In this document: positions 17,295-27,868 of the stretch, one piece after another
How the letters are laid out: the number at the start of each line of letters is the position of its first letter
Numbering within the stretch: position 1 is the first letter of the stretch
Source of the DNA: a virus
Taxonomy: Duplodnaviria; Caudoviricetes
IMG/VR virus record: IMGVR_UViG_3300034061_004620
Length of the DNA: 64,000 nt
Reading direction: 5' to 3' (one strand)
Made by a program: the position numbers and the translations under genes
Notes under the pieces: model-generated
The model's input: the letters and a program-made list of their open reading frames with translations, nothing else
The model's database searches: none
What the model was told of the DNA's origin: nothing

Positions 17295-18558
17295 CCGCTC
17301 TCTTTGAAAGTATTTCGTCCATAGTTGTAGACTGTGTACGAATAGACTCTAATTGTAACACACGAGCTTTACCTTTTGCAACTCCTTTGAGATAAGCATC
17401 TAATCCATATTGTTCCAAAAAGGTAGGGCGTGTTTTTAACTGAACTAAGATATCCTTTAATGGTCCGGCTACTCCGGCGTTTAATATTTCATCTACCCAG
17501 GCATCTAAAATTGATCTTGGTAGGGATAAAGGCGACATAACTATGTCTGGTGTAAAACTAAAGACAACCTTAGCAAGGATGTCAACGCCCAAATCTTTAG
17601 CTAACTGCTGTATATTTAATACCTCAAACATACCAGGTAAGGTAAGTGTGAAGTCTAATCTCATTTGTCTCCGGTGTTTAGCGATTGCAACTCCTGCCTT
17701 AAAGTTTTCAAGCCATGCTTGATAATCGAGGCCTGTTCTGATATATTCTCCAATCGCTCCTGTGCCGTCGATGCTGGCACAAATTTGCCAATCACGTAAA
17801 TAAGCGAGTACATCTTTATAAAGATTACAACCTCTATAACTAACGCGGCTAAGATTAGTATTGTATCGAGCATAAACACGTGGTCCGTCTCCCAGTTCTA
17901 TAATACGCTGCATGTACCGCCAATGTTGTTCGTACATTAACGGTTCTCCCCCCACCCAATAAACTTCTTCTACACGGTGGTCCTCAACTGCTGCTGCAAA
18001 CTCGGCTTCAACTTGATTAGTCTGGAAATGTTCAATTTGTTTTTTGATTTCAGGGTTCATCCAATTGTTTTTTGGATTGGACCAATCGATCATATCATGT
18101 TGTCTTTGTTCGCTTTCCCACGAACTTGACAACATGTCGCCACACATACGGCATTTAAAGTTACAAAGATTACTAAATCTGTAATCCCAACTAACAGGTT
18201 GCATGGTTGTATAACCTGTTTCGTCGGTACTTTCAAGCACTTGCAAATACTTATGTTGGAATAAATTGTTGAAATAACTACGGTAAACGTCAGTGTTAAG
18301 CAATTTATTATTACACACTTCGCACTCAGGTAATGTTTCTCCGGCCATCATACGGCGACGTACACTACGCATATGATCACTGTTCCAATGCTGTTCAAGT
18401 GTTATAGGAATATAACTACCTGTCCCGGCATTGCTGTCAATATACTGCTGAAAATTGGTTGCGGATTCGCGGCTTGCACAACAAAGTCTTCTTTCAGTTT
18501 GTGGACTTAGATATGTGTGAGTCCACGGTGCCATACATAGTGTGCTTGGTTTATTCAT
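17263..18558 (-). CDS. Radical SAM protein with N-terminal twitch domain
   Basis: LCMAPW...RLCC...ECEVC; CNFKCRMC; VGGEP; YNTN; ASIDG. Confidence 0.93.
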   Translation of the reverse strand: MNKPSTLCMAPWTHTYLSPQTERRLCCASRESATNFQQYIDSNAGTGSYIPITLEQHWNSDHMRSVRRRMMAGETLPECEVCNNKLLNTDVYRSYFNNLFQHKYLQVLESTDETGYTTMQPVSWDYRFSNLCNFKCRMCGDMLSSSWESEQRQHDMIDWSNPKNNWMNPEIKKQIEHFQTNQVEAEFAAAVEDHRVEEVYWVGGEPLMYEQHWRYMQRIIELGDGPRVYARYNTNLSRVSYRGCNLYKDVLAYLRDWQICASIDGTGAIGEYIRTGLDYQAWLENFKAGVAIAKHRRQMRLDFTLTLPGMFEVLNIQQLAKDLGVDILAKVVFSFTPDIVMSPLSLPRSILDAWVDEILNAGVAGPLKDILVQLKTRPTFLEQYGLDAYLKGVAKGKARVLQLESIRTQSTTMDEILSKRADVYEWWNSIG

Positions 18559-19222
18559 TCAAATATTTTTCCATTGCTGTAAAAATTTCTTCTTTAGAGT
18601 AACACCATGGCTCAATTGATTGGTTAATTGTTTCTTTTTCGTTAAGAGTTAAATGTGGAAAAAAGTTGTTAACTATTTCCCTATTTGAAATTGGTTCAGA
18701 AATCAAATTTCTCTCAGTAACATCTGATGTAATAGAAAAATTAATATCTTCAGCAAGGTTCTCAAGATTGTACCATTGTATTCTTGCGTTTAAATTAATT
18801 TGATCCAAATACTGACTATATTTTAAGTCATATAAAACATTTTTTGTGATAGTAGAATGAATTAAAGAACTTAATCGTAAAATATTTGTTTTGAAGATGC
18901 CACTTAACTTTTGCTCTAACCACAATCTATTACTACCGTATGGTAAATGTGGTCTTAGTACACTATCTATTGTTCCTATTATTACTAATCTTTTAATTTT
19001 TGTTTGACTGATATTACTATATAACCAACGCACATTATCATAATCATTTTTAGCATCTGTGTTTGCTTTAATTCTATTTCCGCTTGGTGCAGCCAAATAT
19101 ACTATATCAAATTCATAATTATTGATACTTGTAATATTTGAAGAATTGAATTCATGTGTGGGGTTAACAATCTTATTAAGATAGTTTCCTATTAGACCAT
19201 TTGAGCCAACAACCGCTATCAT
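18551..19222 (-). CDS. Short NAD(P)-binding SDR-like NDP-sugar enzyme (atypical)
   Basis: VVGSNGLIG (GxxGxxG), VYLAAP, PYGSNR (YxxxR variant of YxxxK). Confidence 0.7.
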   Translation of the reverse strand: MIAVVGSNGLIGNYLNKIVNPTHEFNSSNITSINNYEFDIVYLAAPSGNRIKANTDAKNDYDNVRWLYSNISQTKIKRLVIIGTIDSVLRPHLPYGSNRLWLEQKLSGIFKTNILRLSSLIHSTITKNVLYDLKYSQYLDQINLNARIQWYNLENLAEDINFSITSDVTERNLISEPISNREIVNNFFPHLTLNEKETINQSIEPWCYSKEEIFTAMEKYLNE

Positions 19223-20154
19223 TCTAAATAATTTAAAATCTCGTCAATAATTTCTGATTTAATTTTTTGCTTAACCAGATCCTTATCAAAAAAACGAGCA
19301 TGATTATAAGCAAGTTTTTGTTTGGTTAAAGTATCTTCAAATATGTAATTTTTGTTTTCAAATTCATTGGTAAGTCTGGTAATTTCCGAAACTATCTTGT
19401 CCAATCTTAAATTTTCATTTTCTATTAGATCGTATGATTCATCTATTAGGTGGTCAAAGGTTTCGAAGCCCTGCTCATGCAAGTACTTTAGAGTATCTTT
19501 AGATCCCCAAACTATAAAAGGATGTTGATATGCAATTGGTTTGAATATTTTTTCAGATATAAATGGAGGCGATGTGACAAAGGTTTCGACTACTACACTG
19601 AATTCAGTGGCATCGTACCAATTTGGATTAAAATATCTTTGCCAATCTCCGTTAGCATAATCTACATCATCTTTTATTTTGATGCCGTTTTGAACATAAC
19701 TGTACATTGCATTTTTTAAGGAATTCTGCAACCTAAGGTATATTTGATCTCTATGACTACGTTTTAAATGCATTAACATCAGGAATGCCTTGGCATGGTT
19801 TCTATTGGGTACGTATTTGTGATATTTCAAATGCCTATACCAAAGACTTTCATTGTACCATATCCAGTTTTTATTTCTAACCGATAGTCTGTCTGTGACC
19901 TCGCTTGTTTTTGAAATGTCATTATCCCAAAAACAATCTACTACTAATTTATATCCTTTATTGACATAAGGCACATACCATGTAGCGTTAGTATTAAAAA
20001 AATCTGTTACACAAACAGTGTCACTTGGAGAATGGTTTACAGTTTCGTGCTCGTAAATTATGTTACAATAATCACTAATTATGTCTACAAACCAGTCAGA
20101 GCAAAAACTGTTAAGATCATTATTTGAAACTAACAAATTAATTTTGTTTGTCAT
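19219..20154 (-). CDS. Putative glycosyltransferase (GT10/GT-B-like), paralog of 10702-11826
   Basis: FSVVVET...ISEKIFKPIAYQHPFIVWG...GFETF...DESYD. Start refined to MTNKINLL. Confidence 0.55.
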   Translation of the reverse strand: MTNKINLLVSNNDLNSFCSDWFVDIISDYCNIIYEHETVNHSPSDTVCVTDFFNTNATWYVPYVNKGYKLVVDCFWDNDISKTSEVTDRLSVRNKNWIWYNESLWYRHLKYHKYVPNRNHAKAFLMLMHLKRSHRDQIYLRLQNSLKNAMYSYVQNGIKIKDDVDYANGDWQRYFNPNWYDATEFSVVVETFVTSPPFISEKIFKPIAYQHPFIVWGSKDTLKYLHEQGFETFDHLIDESYDLIENENLRLDKIVSEITRLTNEFENKNYIFEDTLTKQKLAYNHARFFDKDLVKQKIKSEIIDEILNYLE

Positions 20155-21358
20155 ATCCCATTGCCTTTGCAATCTCTTGATGAGTGTTGTAAAATGATTG
20201 TTGCCTATATGTATCAGTCTGCTTCATCTTGAATAAAAATTCTTCGCCATCTGATCCGTTACCCTGTTCGATAAATCGTATAATACGTAAAATTTCTGCA
20301 CGATGCTTGGGATTGATAAATGTGCCGGTACGCAATTTTTCTATAACAACTTCTTTGGCGATTGGGGTAAGACTATCAATACACATATGTTTTGGATCAT
20401 GTAACATGTTAAAATAATGATCGTTGAACTTTTGAGTATTCACCCAATTACACAAGTCTTCTAAATAGAAAACATTCTGTATATTGATTGTCATACATAC
20501 TTGTGTGGTAATCTTGTTCGGAAATTGATCGCGTAACTCATGAAATTTCTGAATATTTGTTACAACTTCATTCCAATAAGCACCATACCGTTCATATTCG
20601 AATCTTTCTCCGATATTGTCGATGCTAAATGCAATGTCTACACGTTTGAAGTGGCTCCACAGTTCGTGTGCATTGGGCCACTGTGTTCCATTTGTATTAT
20701 AATGGATATCAATATTTTTGGCATAACCTTGATCCACTGCGTATTGCAACAGATCAAAATGCTCTTGAATCATAAATGGTTCACCACCAGTGAATTCAAA
20801 ATATTTAATATTAGGAAGTAATTGACGCAAATTATCCCAAAAAGTTTGAGTCTTTCTTGGCCATGCTCCTTTTTGTAAAAATTTATATGCTAAATGTTCT
20901 TTTTTATTTGTTAATTCCGGAATATAATTAATCTCTTCTTGTGCCCATTTACTACTGGACCAAGACCCACATATTCTGCATTTAAGATTACATATATTAC
21001 CTAACTTTAAATCTACAAACCAAAGTTGATCAGGTGTATCATTTTCATAATCTACTTTGTCTGCTAATTCTTTTAATCGTATTTTGCTATATATACGTTT
21101 GCTTGCACGACCGGCATCTTCCTCCTGCCAGCAACGATTGCACGTTTCTGGTTTTTCTCCTGCGCGAAATCGTTGCCGCAAATTCTGCATGTAAGAACTA
21201 TTATAAATAGTTTCTAAATTTGTTTGATTTAAATCGTATTTGACTCCATTGTTGTCGCAGATTTCTTCTATCGCCAAACAACAGGGTCTGGCAGTCCCAA
21301 TTGGACTTGTCTCTATACTAATCCACGGCAACATACAAATTGTTTTAGGTAAAGTCAT
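20138..21358 (-). CDS. Radical SAM protein with N-terminal twitch domain
   Basis: ICMLPW...RPCC...TCNRC; CNLKCRIC; TGGEP; YNTNG; FSID. Confidence 0.93.
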   Translation of the reverse strand: MTLPKTICMLPWISIETSPIGTARPCCLAIEEICDNNGVKYDLNQTNLETIYNSSYMQNLRQRFRAGEKPETCNRCWQEEDAGRASKRIYSKIRLKELADKVDYENDTPDQLWFVDLKLGNICNLKCRICGSWSSSKWAQEEINYIPELTNKKEHLAYKFLQKGAWPRKTQTFWDNLRQLLPNIKYFEFTGGEPFMIQEHFDLLQYAVDQGYAKNIDIHYNTNGTQWPNAHELWSHFKRVDIAFSIDNIGERFEYERYGAYWNEVVTNIQKFHELRDQFPNKITTQVCMTINIQNVFYLEDLCNWVNTQKFNDHYFNMLHDPKHMCIDSLTPIAKEVVIEKLRTGTFINPKHRAEILRIIRFIEQGNGSDGEEFLFKMKQTDTYRQQSFYNTHQEIAKAMGYDKQN

Positions 21359-22674
21359 TTAATTGTAATCAATTCAGGAAATGTGTTCCAAAAATTTTCA
21401 TTTCTTACGTCATCCAGTTTTTTCACTTCTTCTCTGAATCTATCAAGTAATTTGCTTTGGTTGTTTGCACGTAAAAAATTAAGTGCGCTCTTAAATCCAT
21501 TTGTGGCTCTTTGTAATTTATCTTGTGGCTCGAGCCATGCTATATGTTCTTCATAGGCCGGAATAACAACATTTTTTTTAAAATCTTCAGGCAATATATC
21601 AATACGATACCAGTCTGGACTTTGGCAAATATTTACATTAAAATCTTTTGCATCGATAAGACCCATTTGTACCCATTCTTTATGAAACGCCAATACATGC
21701 AATACATTCATAGCACTAATTGTTGCACTGATATAAAAATCTACATGAGGAACTTCTTGCATCATTCTATAGCGATTTTGTTCAACTTGTGTCCAATTGG
21801 TACCTTTCCGCATTAGTTCGGCACGAGCACCACTTGCATCAAGACTCGCTCCTACACTGACATTTGTAAAATTCTTCCAATAGTCAAATACATGTTTATC
21901 TTTAAATCTTAGTTCGCTAAAATTAGTATTGTATTGAATCCTAATATCTGTTTTTTTATGTTCGATCAATTTCTCTAACATGAAGTAATGTTCCTTCATT
22001 ATTAGAGGTTCGCCGCCGGCGAAATAAACTTGCTCAAGGTATGGAATATGTGGGAGCATTTGTTCAAGCATGGCATCTTCATCGCCGGCGGTATATTCAA
22101 CTCGCGCCATGTCTCTGCCAAGCACGTCGGGTTTACGATTATAAAGTTTGACATGATCATTGTACCAGTTGCTACTAAATATTGGACCGCAACTGCGGCA
22201 ACTAAAATTACATAGATTGCTAAATCTAACATCCCAATATCTTAGATTAAATTTAGGATTAGTTCCGTCTTCTAATGTAGCATCAACTTCTGCCACGTGA
22301 TGACCATAATTTCTATTTGCATCATGTCTCATACTGAAAAAACCGTTATCCTCTTGTTCGTAACATTTTGTGCATTCTTTACATGGCCGATCTTCGAGCA
22401 TGTTTTTACGCATTGTACGATAAGCGTCTTGATTCCAAACCTGCTCCATTGTATGTTTACGAAGGTCTCCCACAGGATGCCAATAATCAGCTAAACAGCA
22501 AGGATAAGCACGACCATCAGGAAAAGCATGCATGTGAACCCATGGCATCATACAAAACGTTTTACTCTCGGTTAATTTACTCCATTGATCCGGAGACAGT
22601 TTGTCTTTTTCAATGAAATAAGGAGCTCTTTCGTTATATACATACCCTTTATTGTAAAATGCTTTTACAGTCAT
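21355..22674 (-). CDS. Radical SAM protein with N-terminal twitch domain
   Basis: FCMMPW...DGRAYPCC...ECTKC; CNFSCRSC; AGGEP; YNTN; ASLD. Confidence 0.93.
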   Translation of the reverse strand: MTVKAFYNKGYVYNERAPYFIEKDKLSPDQWSKLTESKTFCMMPWVHMHAFPDGRAYPCCLADYWHPVGDLRKHTMEQVWNQDAYRTMRKNMLEDRPCKECTKCYEQEDNGFFSMRHDANRNYGHHVAEVDATLEDGTNPKFNLRYWDVRFSNLCNFSCRSCGPIFSSNWYNDHVKLYNRKPDVLGRDMARVEYTAGDEDAMLEQMLPHIPYLEQVYFAGGEPLIMKEHYFMLEKLIEHKKTDIRIQYNTNFSELRFKDKHVFDYWKNFTNVSVGASLDASGARAELMRKGTNWTQVEQNRYRMMQEVPHVDFYISATISAMNVLHVLAFHKEWVQMGLIDAKDFNVNICQSPDWYRIDILPEDFKKNVVIPAYEEHIAWLEPQDKLQRATNGFKSALNFLRANNQSKLLDRFREEVKKLDDVRNENFWNTFPELITIK

Positions 22675-24026
22675 AAACTATTGTACCAATCTGATAAATC
22701 TTGAAAAGTTGACACAAAATCCTTGTCTCTACGGATATCATATTGGGAATAAAATTTTTTAAAATCTTTTTGTAAAATTTCTTGTTCGGCTGCACCCAAA
22801 TGCGGAGTTTTTACTACGTCTAAATAATCTATTAGTCTTTGTAACTGATTTAATTCCATTTCGTGAATTAATTCATTTTTTTGATTTTGCATCATCCAAT
22901 CTTGCAATTTATTTTTATATTTTGTTCTGAGTTCATCTGGTAAAACCAATGGACTCTGAAAACTGGGGAATCTTAATATATTTAATGTGAAAAATGGATA
23001 ATTTTTTCCATAACACATTTTCCACTGAACAATTTGATCTAAAAAATCAGTCAAACTTTCTAAACTTAGAGCATTTATTGTACACATAATGTGTAAGCCA
23101 CGTAACTTGTAGTTGGCAAAATTATCACATATCAGATCTATACTATTAATCCAATCGTTCCAAACCAATCCGTCTCTAATATACTCTGCATGAGCTCCGA
23201 CACTTTCATTACTTGTGTATAAGTCAATGGGTGCGTCCACACTTTGAAATAAACGATCGATATCAACTTGTGTTCCTAAATTAGAATTAATCGCAAGTCG
23301 TGTTTGCGATCGTCCTTTGTTGGCCTTAAACCAATCAAGTAATTGCCAGGTGTATCCTGACATTAGAGGCTCTCCACCGGTAATCCTTAATTCTGTTAGG
23401 GTTTTATGGAGGTCTGATTCCCACCATTGGAAGAAGGCATCGATGTAGGGGTTATTTTCACCAAATTTAAAAAGCTGCGAACTGTCATGGCTATGAGTAA
23501 AATGGTTCCTGCCGTCAGACACCAGATCCATGTAGGGTCCGTTATTATTGATGTCTTTAACCCAAGTACTGCTGAATGCAGGATTGCAATAAGAGCAAGC
23601 AAACTGACAAGTACGATCAAAACTGATTTCAAGAGTGCGAAGATTGACATCTTCTGTAAAATTTGATTTGAATGCATTATCTAAATCCTCATCTGTAAAC
23701 AACACAGTTTTGTACACACGATCGCTTATGTTATCACGACCGATGTCCTCAATTTTCCAACAATATTCACAACCGGCCGGCCTTTCGCCTTGTTGCATCT
23801 GACGGCGTTCTTCTTTTTTCTTTGCAGTATTGTGTAATGTCCGTGGATTAATTTTGGCTTCTTCTATATCAACTTTGTGTGGCAATGGGTGATGACAACT
23901 TGTAGTCATACCTGACCCTAACCAAATAGTGGCATTATACCATTTTGCGCCGCAGAATGATTCAGACTTGATATCAATTACTCTGCGTCTATATTCTAAA
24001 TCTGTTTCGTTATTAATTTTGGGCAT
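22671..24026 (-). CDS. Radical SAM protein with N-terminal twitch-like domain (SCHHP variant)
   Basis: FCGAKW...TSCHHP...GCEYCW; CQFACSYC; TGGEP; INSN. Confidence 0.92.
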   Translation of the reverse strand: MPKINNETDLEYRRRVIDIKSESFCGAKWYNATIWLGSGMTTSCHHPLPHKVDIEEAKINPRTLHNTAKKKEERRQMQQGERPAGCEYCWKIEDIGRDNISDRVYKTVLFTDEDLDNAFKSNFTEDVNLRTLEISFDRTCQFACSYCNPAFSSTWVKDINNNGPYMDLVSDGRNHFTHSHDSSQLFKFGENNPYIDAFFQWWESDLHKTLTELRITGGEPLMSGYTWQLLDWFKANKGRSQTRLAINSNLGTQVDIDRLFQSVDAPIDLYTSNESVGAHAEYIRDGLVWNDWINSIDLICDNFANYKLRGLHIMCTINALSLESLTDFLDQIVQWKMCYGKNYPFFTLNILRFPSFQSPLVLPDELRTKYKNKLQDWMMQNQKNELIHEMELNQLQRLIDYLDVVKTPHLGAAEQEILQKDFKKFYSQYDIRRDKDFVSTFQDLSDWYNSL

Positions 24027-25395
24027 GATATCGGCATTCTTCCCAAAATTCTTTCATTTCCGGGAATGTATTTAAAAAGTTTGTATCTCTTCGTTTGTCG
24101 TGCTCGTTAAAGAATCTAAAAAAATCAGCACGTTGCATTATAACATATTCTTGATCTAATTTGCTACCTTCTTGCATCCAATCTACCACTCGTTGCATTC
24201 TTTGCACTTCGTAATCTTTAAATCCTTGAAATGGTTTATCTTCAGTTTCTAAATTGGCCTGCATCCAATTGACCACATCTTGTAATCGTTTTGCATATAC
24301 AGGTGGTAATATCTGTAAGCTTTGCCAGGTAGGTTGTCTGAGTATGGGTGTATCAAACCAAACTCGTTGATATGTTGTACTGTGTAACCTTCGTAAAGCA
24401 AGAACAGTTTCTAATTGTCTTTTTAAACCTAACACACTTAGATTATTCATAGTAATAATGAATGTTAGACTGTTACGATAAGGAATGTGTCTTAAGAAAT
24501 AATCAACTCTTGCTAAAACTCTTTTATATTCCATTCCATGTCTGATATATTCGGCATGTTCGGCTATTCCGGTATCCAAACTTACATACTGCATGAAATG
24601 TTCAATATTTGTGTTACATAATTGGCTTACATAGCCAAAGTATTGTTCCCATAACTTTTCATCTACACTAAAGTTACTGGTCACATCAATATGCAAATCA
24701 GGTTTAGGAAAGGCCAACACATAGTCAAACACTCGATATGTATTACGATCCATTAGGGGTTCGCCGCCGGTCATTCTAAAATGTTTTAGTCGTGGATATA
24801 AACTGGGCCACCACTCCCAGAATGCATCAACATAAGGGTTATCTTCTCGAACAGGAATAGGTCGTCGGCGACCGGTAAAATGGGAAACATCATTATGAGT
24901 AGTGCTGGTGGGATATCCTCCATAACGTCTAATTTCATCATCCCAGCTACTACTAAACTGAGGACTACAATAGGAACACTTGAGATTGCAAGCATGATTA
25001 AAATTGACTTCCACATAGGAAGGAATAGCATCTTCATCGCCTGATGAGTTCGTGATGGTTTCAAAATGCTCACTTGCCCACGGTTCACCTGATCGGTAAT
25101 GTCTATCACTTAAATTCCCCAAATCTTCTTGTGTCCAACAATAACTGCATTCCTGTGGACGTTCGTTGCGTAGCATAATTTTACGCTGTTCTTTTTTGTA
25201 TGGTGTGTTATGTAACGCACCGGGATTGTCTTTTAATAGTGTGGCGTCTATTTCATGTAATGGTGGATGATAGCAACTGTTTGTTAGACCTGTGGGTAAG
25301 TGTAGACTTACTTGTTGCCATTTAGCAAGGCAAAGACTATTACCAAGTCTGTCTTTCATATTTTCAGCAAGATTTAAAAAATCACTTTTAACCAT
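24013..25395 (-). CDS. Radical SAM protein with N-terminal twitch-like domain (SCYHP variant)
   Basis: LCLAKW...NSCYHP...ECSYCW; CNLKCSYC; TGGEP; VTSN; VSLD. Confidence 0.92.
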   Translation of the reverse strand: MVKSDFLNLAENMKDRLGNSLCLAKWQQVSLHLPTGLTNSCYHPPLHEIDATLLKDNPGALHNTPYKKEQRKIMLRNERPQECSYCWTQEDLGNLSDRHYRSGEPWASEHFETITNSSGDEDAIPSYVEVNFNHACNLKCSYCSPQFSSSWDDEIRRYGGYPTSTTHNDVSHFTGRRRPIPVREDNPYVDAFWEWWPSLYPRLKHFRMTGGEPLMDRNTYRVFDYVLAFPKPDLHIDVTSNFSVDEKLWEQYFGYVSQLCNTNIEHFMQYVSLDTGIAEHAEYIRHGMEYKRVLARVDYFLRHIPYRNSLTFIITMNNLSVLGLKRQLETVLALRRLHSTTYQRVWFDTPILRQPTWQSLQILPPVYAKRLQDVVNWMQANLETEDKPFQGFKDYEVQRMQRVVDWMQEGSKLDQEYVIMQRADFFRFFNEHDKRRDTNFLNTFPEMKEFWEECRYHAQN

Positions 25396-25837
25396 GTTGC
25401 CATTCTAAACGATTAACATCAAATTGATTCCCTAACTCTAACATATATCCTAATGGCGAAGACCCAGTTAGATGCATAGTAATACAACCGTTAAATCCCC
25501 AATAATTTTCATGTGTAATGGTTTTATTTCCTTCCCGCTGACAATAAAATAATTTGTCAATCATATCAATATGAATTGCAAATCCATTAATTAAAATTCC
25601 CACGATTTCTACGGCTTTATCAGCAACAACCTTACCTTTATGAAAAACTGTATCACCATTGTTTTTATTAGAAGAATAAATGGTAATTACTGAAGGCCAA
25701 TTTACTGTAAAACTTATTTGCCTATGATCGTTATCAAAACTATCCTCTTCAAAGACCAATATATCTTTATCATAGATTTTAAGAGCCATTGATCCGTTAT
25801 TATTTTTTATCTTGGTTAAAAATGTTATATTAACCAT
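25388..25837 (-). CDS. Hypothetical protein (beta-rich)
   Basis: 149-aa ORF coupled between two radical SAM genes. Confidence 0.7.
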   Translation of the reverse strand: MVNITFLTKIKNNNGSMALKIYDKDILVFEEDSFDNDHRQISFTVNWPSVITIYSSNKNNGDTVFHKGKVVADKAVEIVGILINGFAIHIDMIDKLFYCQREGNKTITHENYWGFNGCITMHLTGSSPLGYMLELGNQFDVNRLEWQHG

Positions 25838-27245
25838 ATTGTGTTATTTCCTGCTGAGTAGATTTAAAAGTTAGACCGTCGCCTGCACCATGTGAAAAAT
25901 TTAATTGTGAAAGAATAGTTGTTAATGACTTGTGATAATTTAATCTATCTTGTGTAGATACGTTATTAACGTTTGAAATCCAGTAAGTTGGAATTTCACC
26001 TTGTGTTATATTATAATCTTTTTTCTTTCTATCTAATTCGGTGTTTGGCAAAATTGAAGCGAGACTGAATACTACATTCTTTACAGGAAATCGAGCATAC
26101 TGTTTTCTATCTATAAACCATTTTTTTGTGAATTCAAAATCTTCTTTTGTTTCTGTTGGATATCCAACAATTAACAATAGGTTTAAAGGTATTGAAAATT
26201 CTTTAGCCATTTCTAAATGATAATCAATGTCATCGTTAGTGAAGTTTTTTCCTAAATTTATTCTAACTTTTTCTATGACGCTTTCTATTCCTAACAATAG
26301 ACTCCCATTGCTTTCTTTAATTTTTTGCCATAATGTTCTTGGATGTTGATTTTGACCTCTAACTATAAAATAACCGTCCCATGAGATTACATTTGTAGCT
26401 TTGGAATTGTATTCACAAATATAATCTAACAGTTTATTAAACTCTTTCATATTTCCGTTAGTAAGACTATTATAAAAGAAAAAATTTGAAATTTTATATT
26501 TTTCAATTTGGTGCAACATTTCGGAAAAAATATTACTTGCAGATCGATATTGGTATTTTTTCCAATGTTCGATAATATCACAAAATTCGCATGCCCTCAC
26601 ACAGCCTCTACTATCACAAATTGGGATTCCACATTCTTTATATTGTTGAAAATTATAATTATCAAAATTAGGAAATGGAAGATTGTTTAAATCAGTTATT
26701 TGTTGCCAATTTGCAGAGTTAATTCCCGGAAACGACATATTATTCTTCAAATATTGAACTAAACTATATTCCCCATCACCATTTATATAATCATCAATTA
26801 AATTTCTTTCCTTTAGTAGCTCTGCATAACCAATACTTGATTCTGCAATGAAATTTTTAATACCACTGCCCCCAATAATAATTTTTACATTTGGCGCACG
26901 AAATCTAAGATGATAGCATAACCAGATTGTAAAAAATTGATTATCCTGACATAATAAAGATAATGCAATAATTTTTGGGTTAAATGAAATTATCCTATTT
27001 GTACAAAATTCAATAAAAGATTCAATTGCTGCATAATTTTCGCTTGGAATTTCTTGAAATAATAAAAAGTTTTCTAATATTTTCGTGTCTTTACTGTGTC
27101 TAATATACAAATTCGCTTCATTATTAAGATCTATTGCTACAGCAGAAAAACCAGCCGCAATAACCGATGATTTTAAAACTGCCGGTGCTAACACCGGCCT
27201 GGAACTAAAAGTTCCGGCGGTTGAACATATCAAGACGTCAATCAT
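25830..27245 (-). CDS. B12-binding-type (class B-like) radical SAM protein
   Basis: N-terminal Rossmann-like region (IDLN, IALSL, KIIIGG, GDGE), LPFPNF, SRGCVRACEFC, GIES, IVGYPTET. Confidence 0.88.
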   Translation of the reverse strand: MIDVLICSTAGTFSSRPVLAPAVLKSSVIAAGFSAVAIDLNNEANLYIRHSKDTKILENFLLFQEIPSENYAAIESFIEFCTNRIISFNPKIIALSLLCQDNQFFTIWLCYHLRFRAPNVKIIIGGSGIKNFIAESSIGYAELLKERNLIDDYINGDGEYSLVQYLKNNMSFPGINSANWQQITDLNNLPFPNFDNYNFQQYKECGIPICDSRGCVRACEFCDIIEHWKKYQYRSASNIFSEMLHQIEKYKISNFFFYNSLTNGNMKEFNKLLDYICEYNSKATNVISWDGYFIVRGQNQHPRTLWQKIKESNGSLLLGIESVIEKVRINLGKNFTNDDIDYHLEMAKEFSIPLNLLLIVGYPTETKEDFEFTKKWFIDRKQYARFPVKNVVFSLASILPNTELDRKKKDYNITQGEIPTYWISNVNNVSTQDRLNYHKSLTTILSQLNFSHGAGDGLTFKSTQQEITQYG

Positions 27246-27868
27246 ACTATAAAAAAAATTAGAAATTGCTTCACTAATCCAAATTTAGCAAAGTTATTAC
27301 TTATATGCCATTGATTGCGGTCCCATACTAAAATATCTCCTAATGTATGCCGATAGTCAATGTCAATTGGCAATTTTTTTATCAAGGAAAAATTTTTATC
27401 ATGATCAAAATCAGTAAGAACTAAATTATTTTCATCCGTAGAGTTCTGCACCATTTGCTCGTAACTTGGATTAAAATCAGACCATACCTTAAAGGTAATT
27501 GTACGAAAATTGTCCCCTTCAACTAACGGAATCAGAACTGCTTTGTTATGCCTTATAGTTTTTGATCCAAAGCTCATACAATCGGGATAAAGATCTTGTT
27601 GCTTACGACTGTCTACATGTAAAATATAAGGTTTTTTACTTGATTTATATGATCCGGTATCAAATTCGTGATCATTTCCAATTATTTCATTTAATATTGG
27701 ATTCATTGTTTTGTAAATAAAATTTTCTGGTATATGGTATTCAAGATTTTTATTTACAATTCCCACTTCTGCGTGTTGTTCAGGTTGGTTTTTGTAAAAT
27801 TCTTTTATTGACTCTATTGTCTTTAGCTCAAGTATATTTTTGTAAACTTTACTTTTATGATTGTTCAT
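27242..27868 (-). CDS. Probable 2OG-Fe(II) dioxygenase-like protein
   Basis: ILHVDS (HxD), LIPL, GDILVWDRNQWH (distal His), KQFLIF. Start refined to ATG 27868 behind AGGA. Confidence 0.55.
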   Translation of the reverse strand: MNNHKSKVYKNILELKTIESIKEFYKNQPEQHAEVGIVNKNLEYHIPENFIYKTMNPILNEIIGNDHEFDTGSYKSSKKPYILHVDSRKQQDLYPDCMSFGSKTIRHNKAVLIPLVEGDNFRTITFKVWSDFNPSYEQMVQNSTDENNLVLTDFDHDKNFSLIKKLPIDIDYRHTLGDILVWDRNQWHISNNFAKFGLVKQFLIFFIV

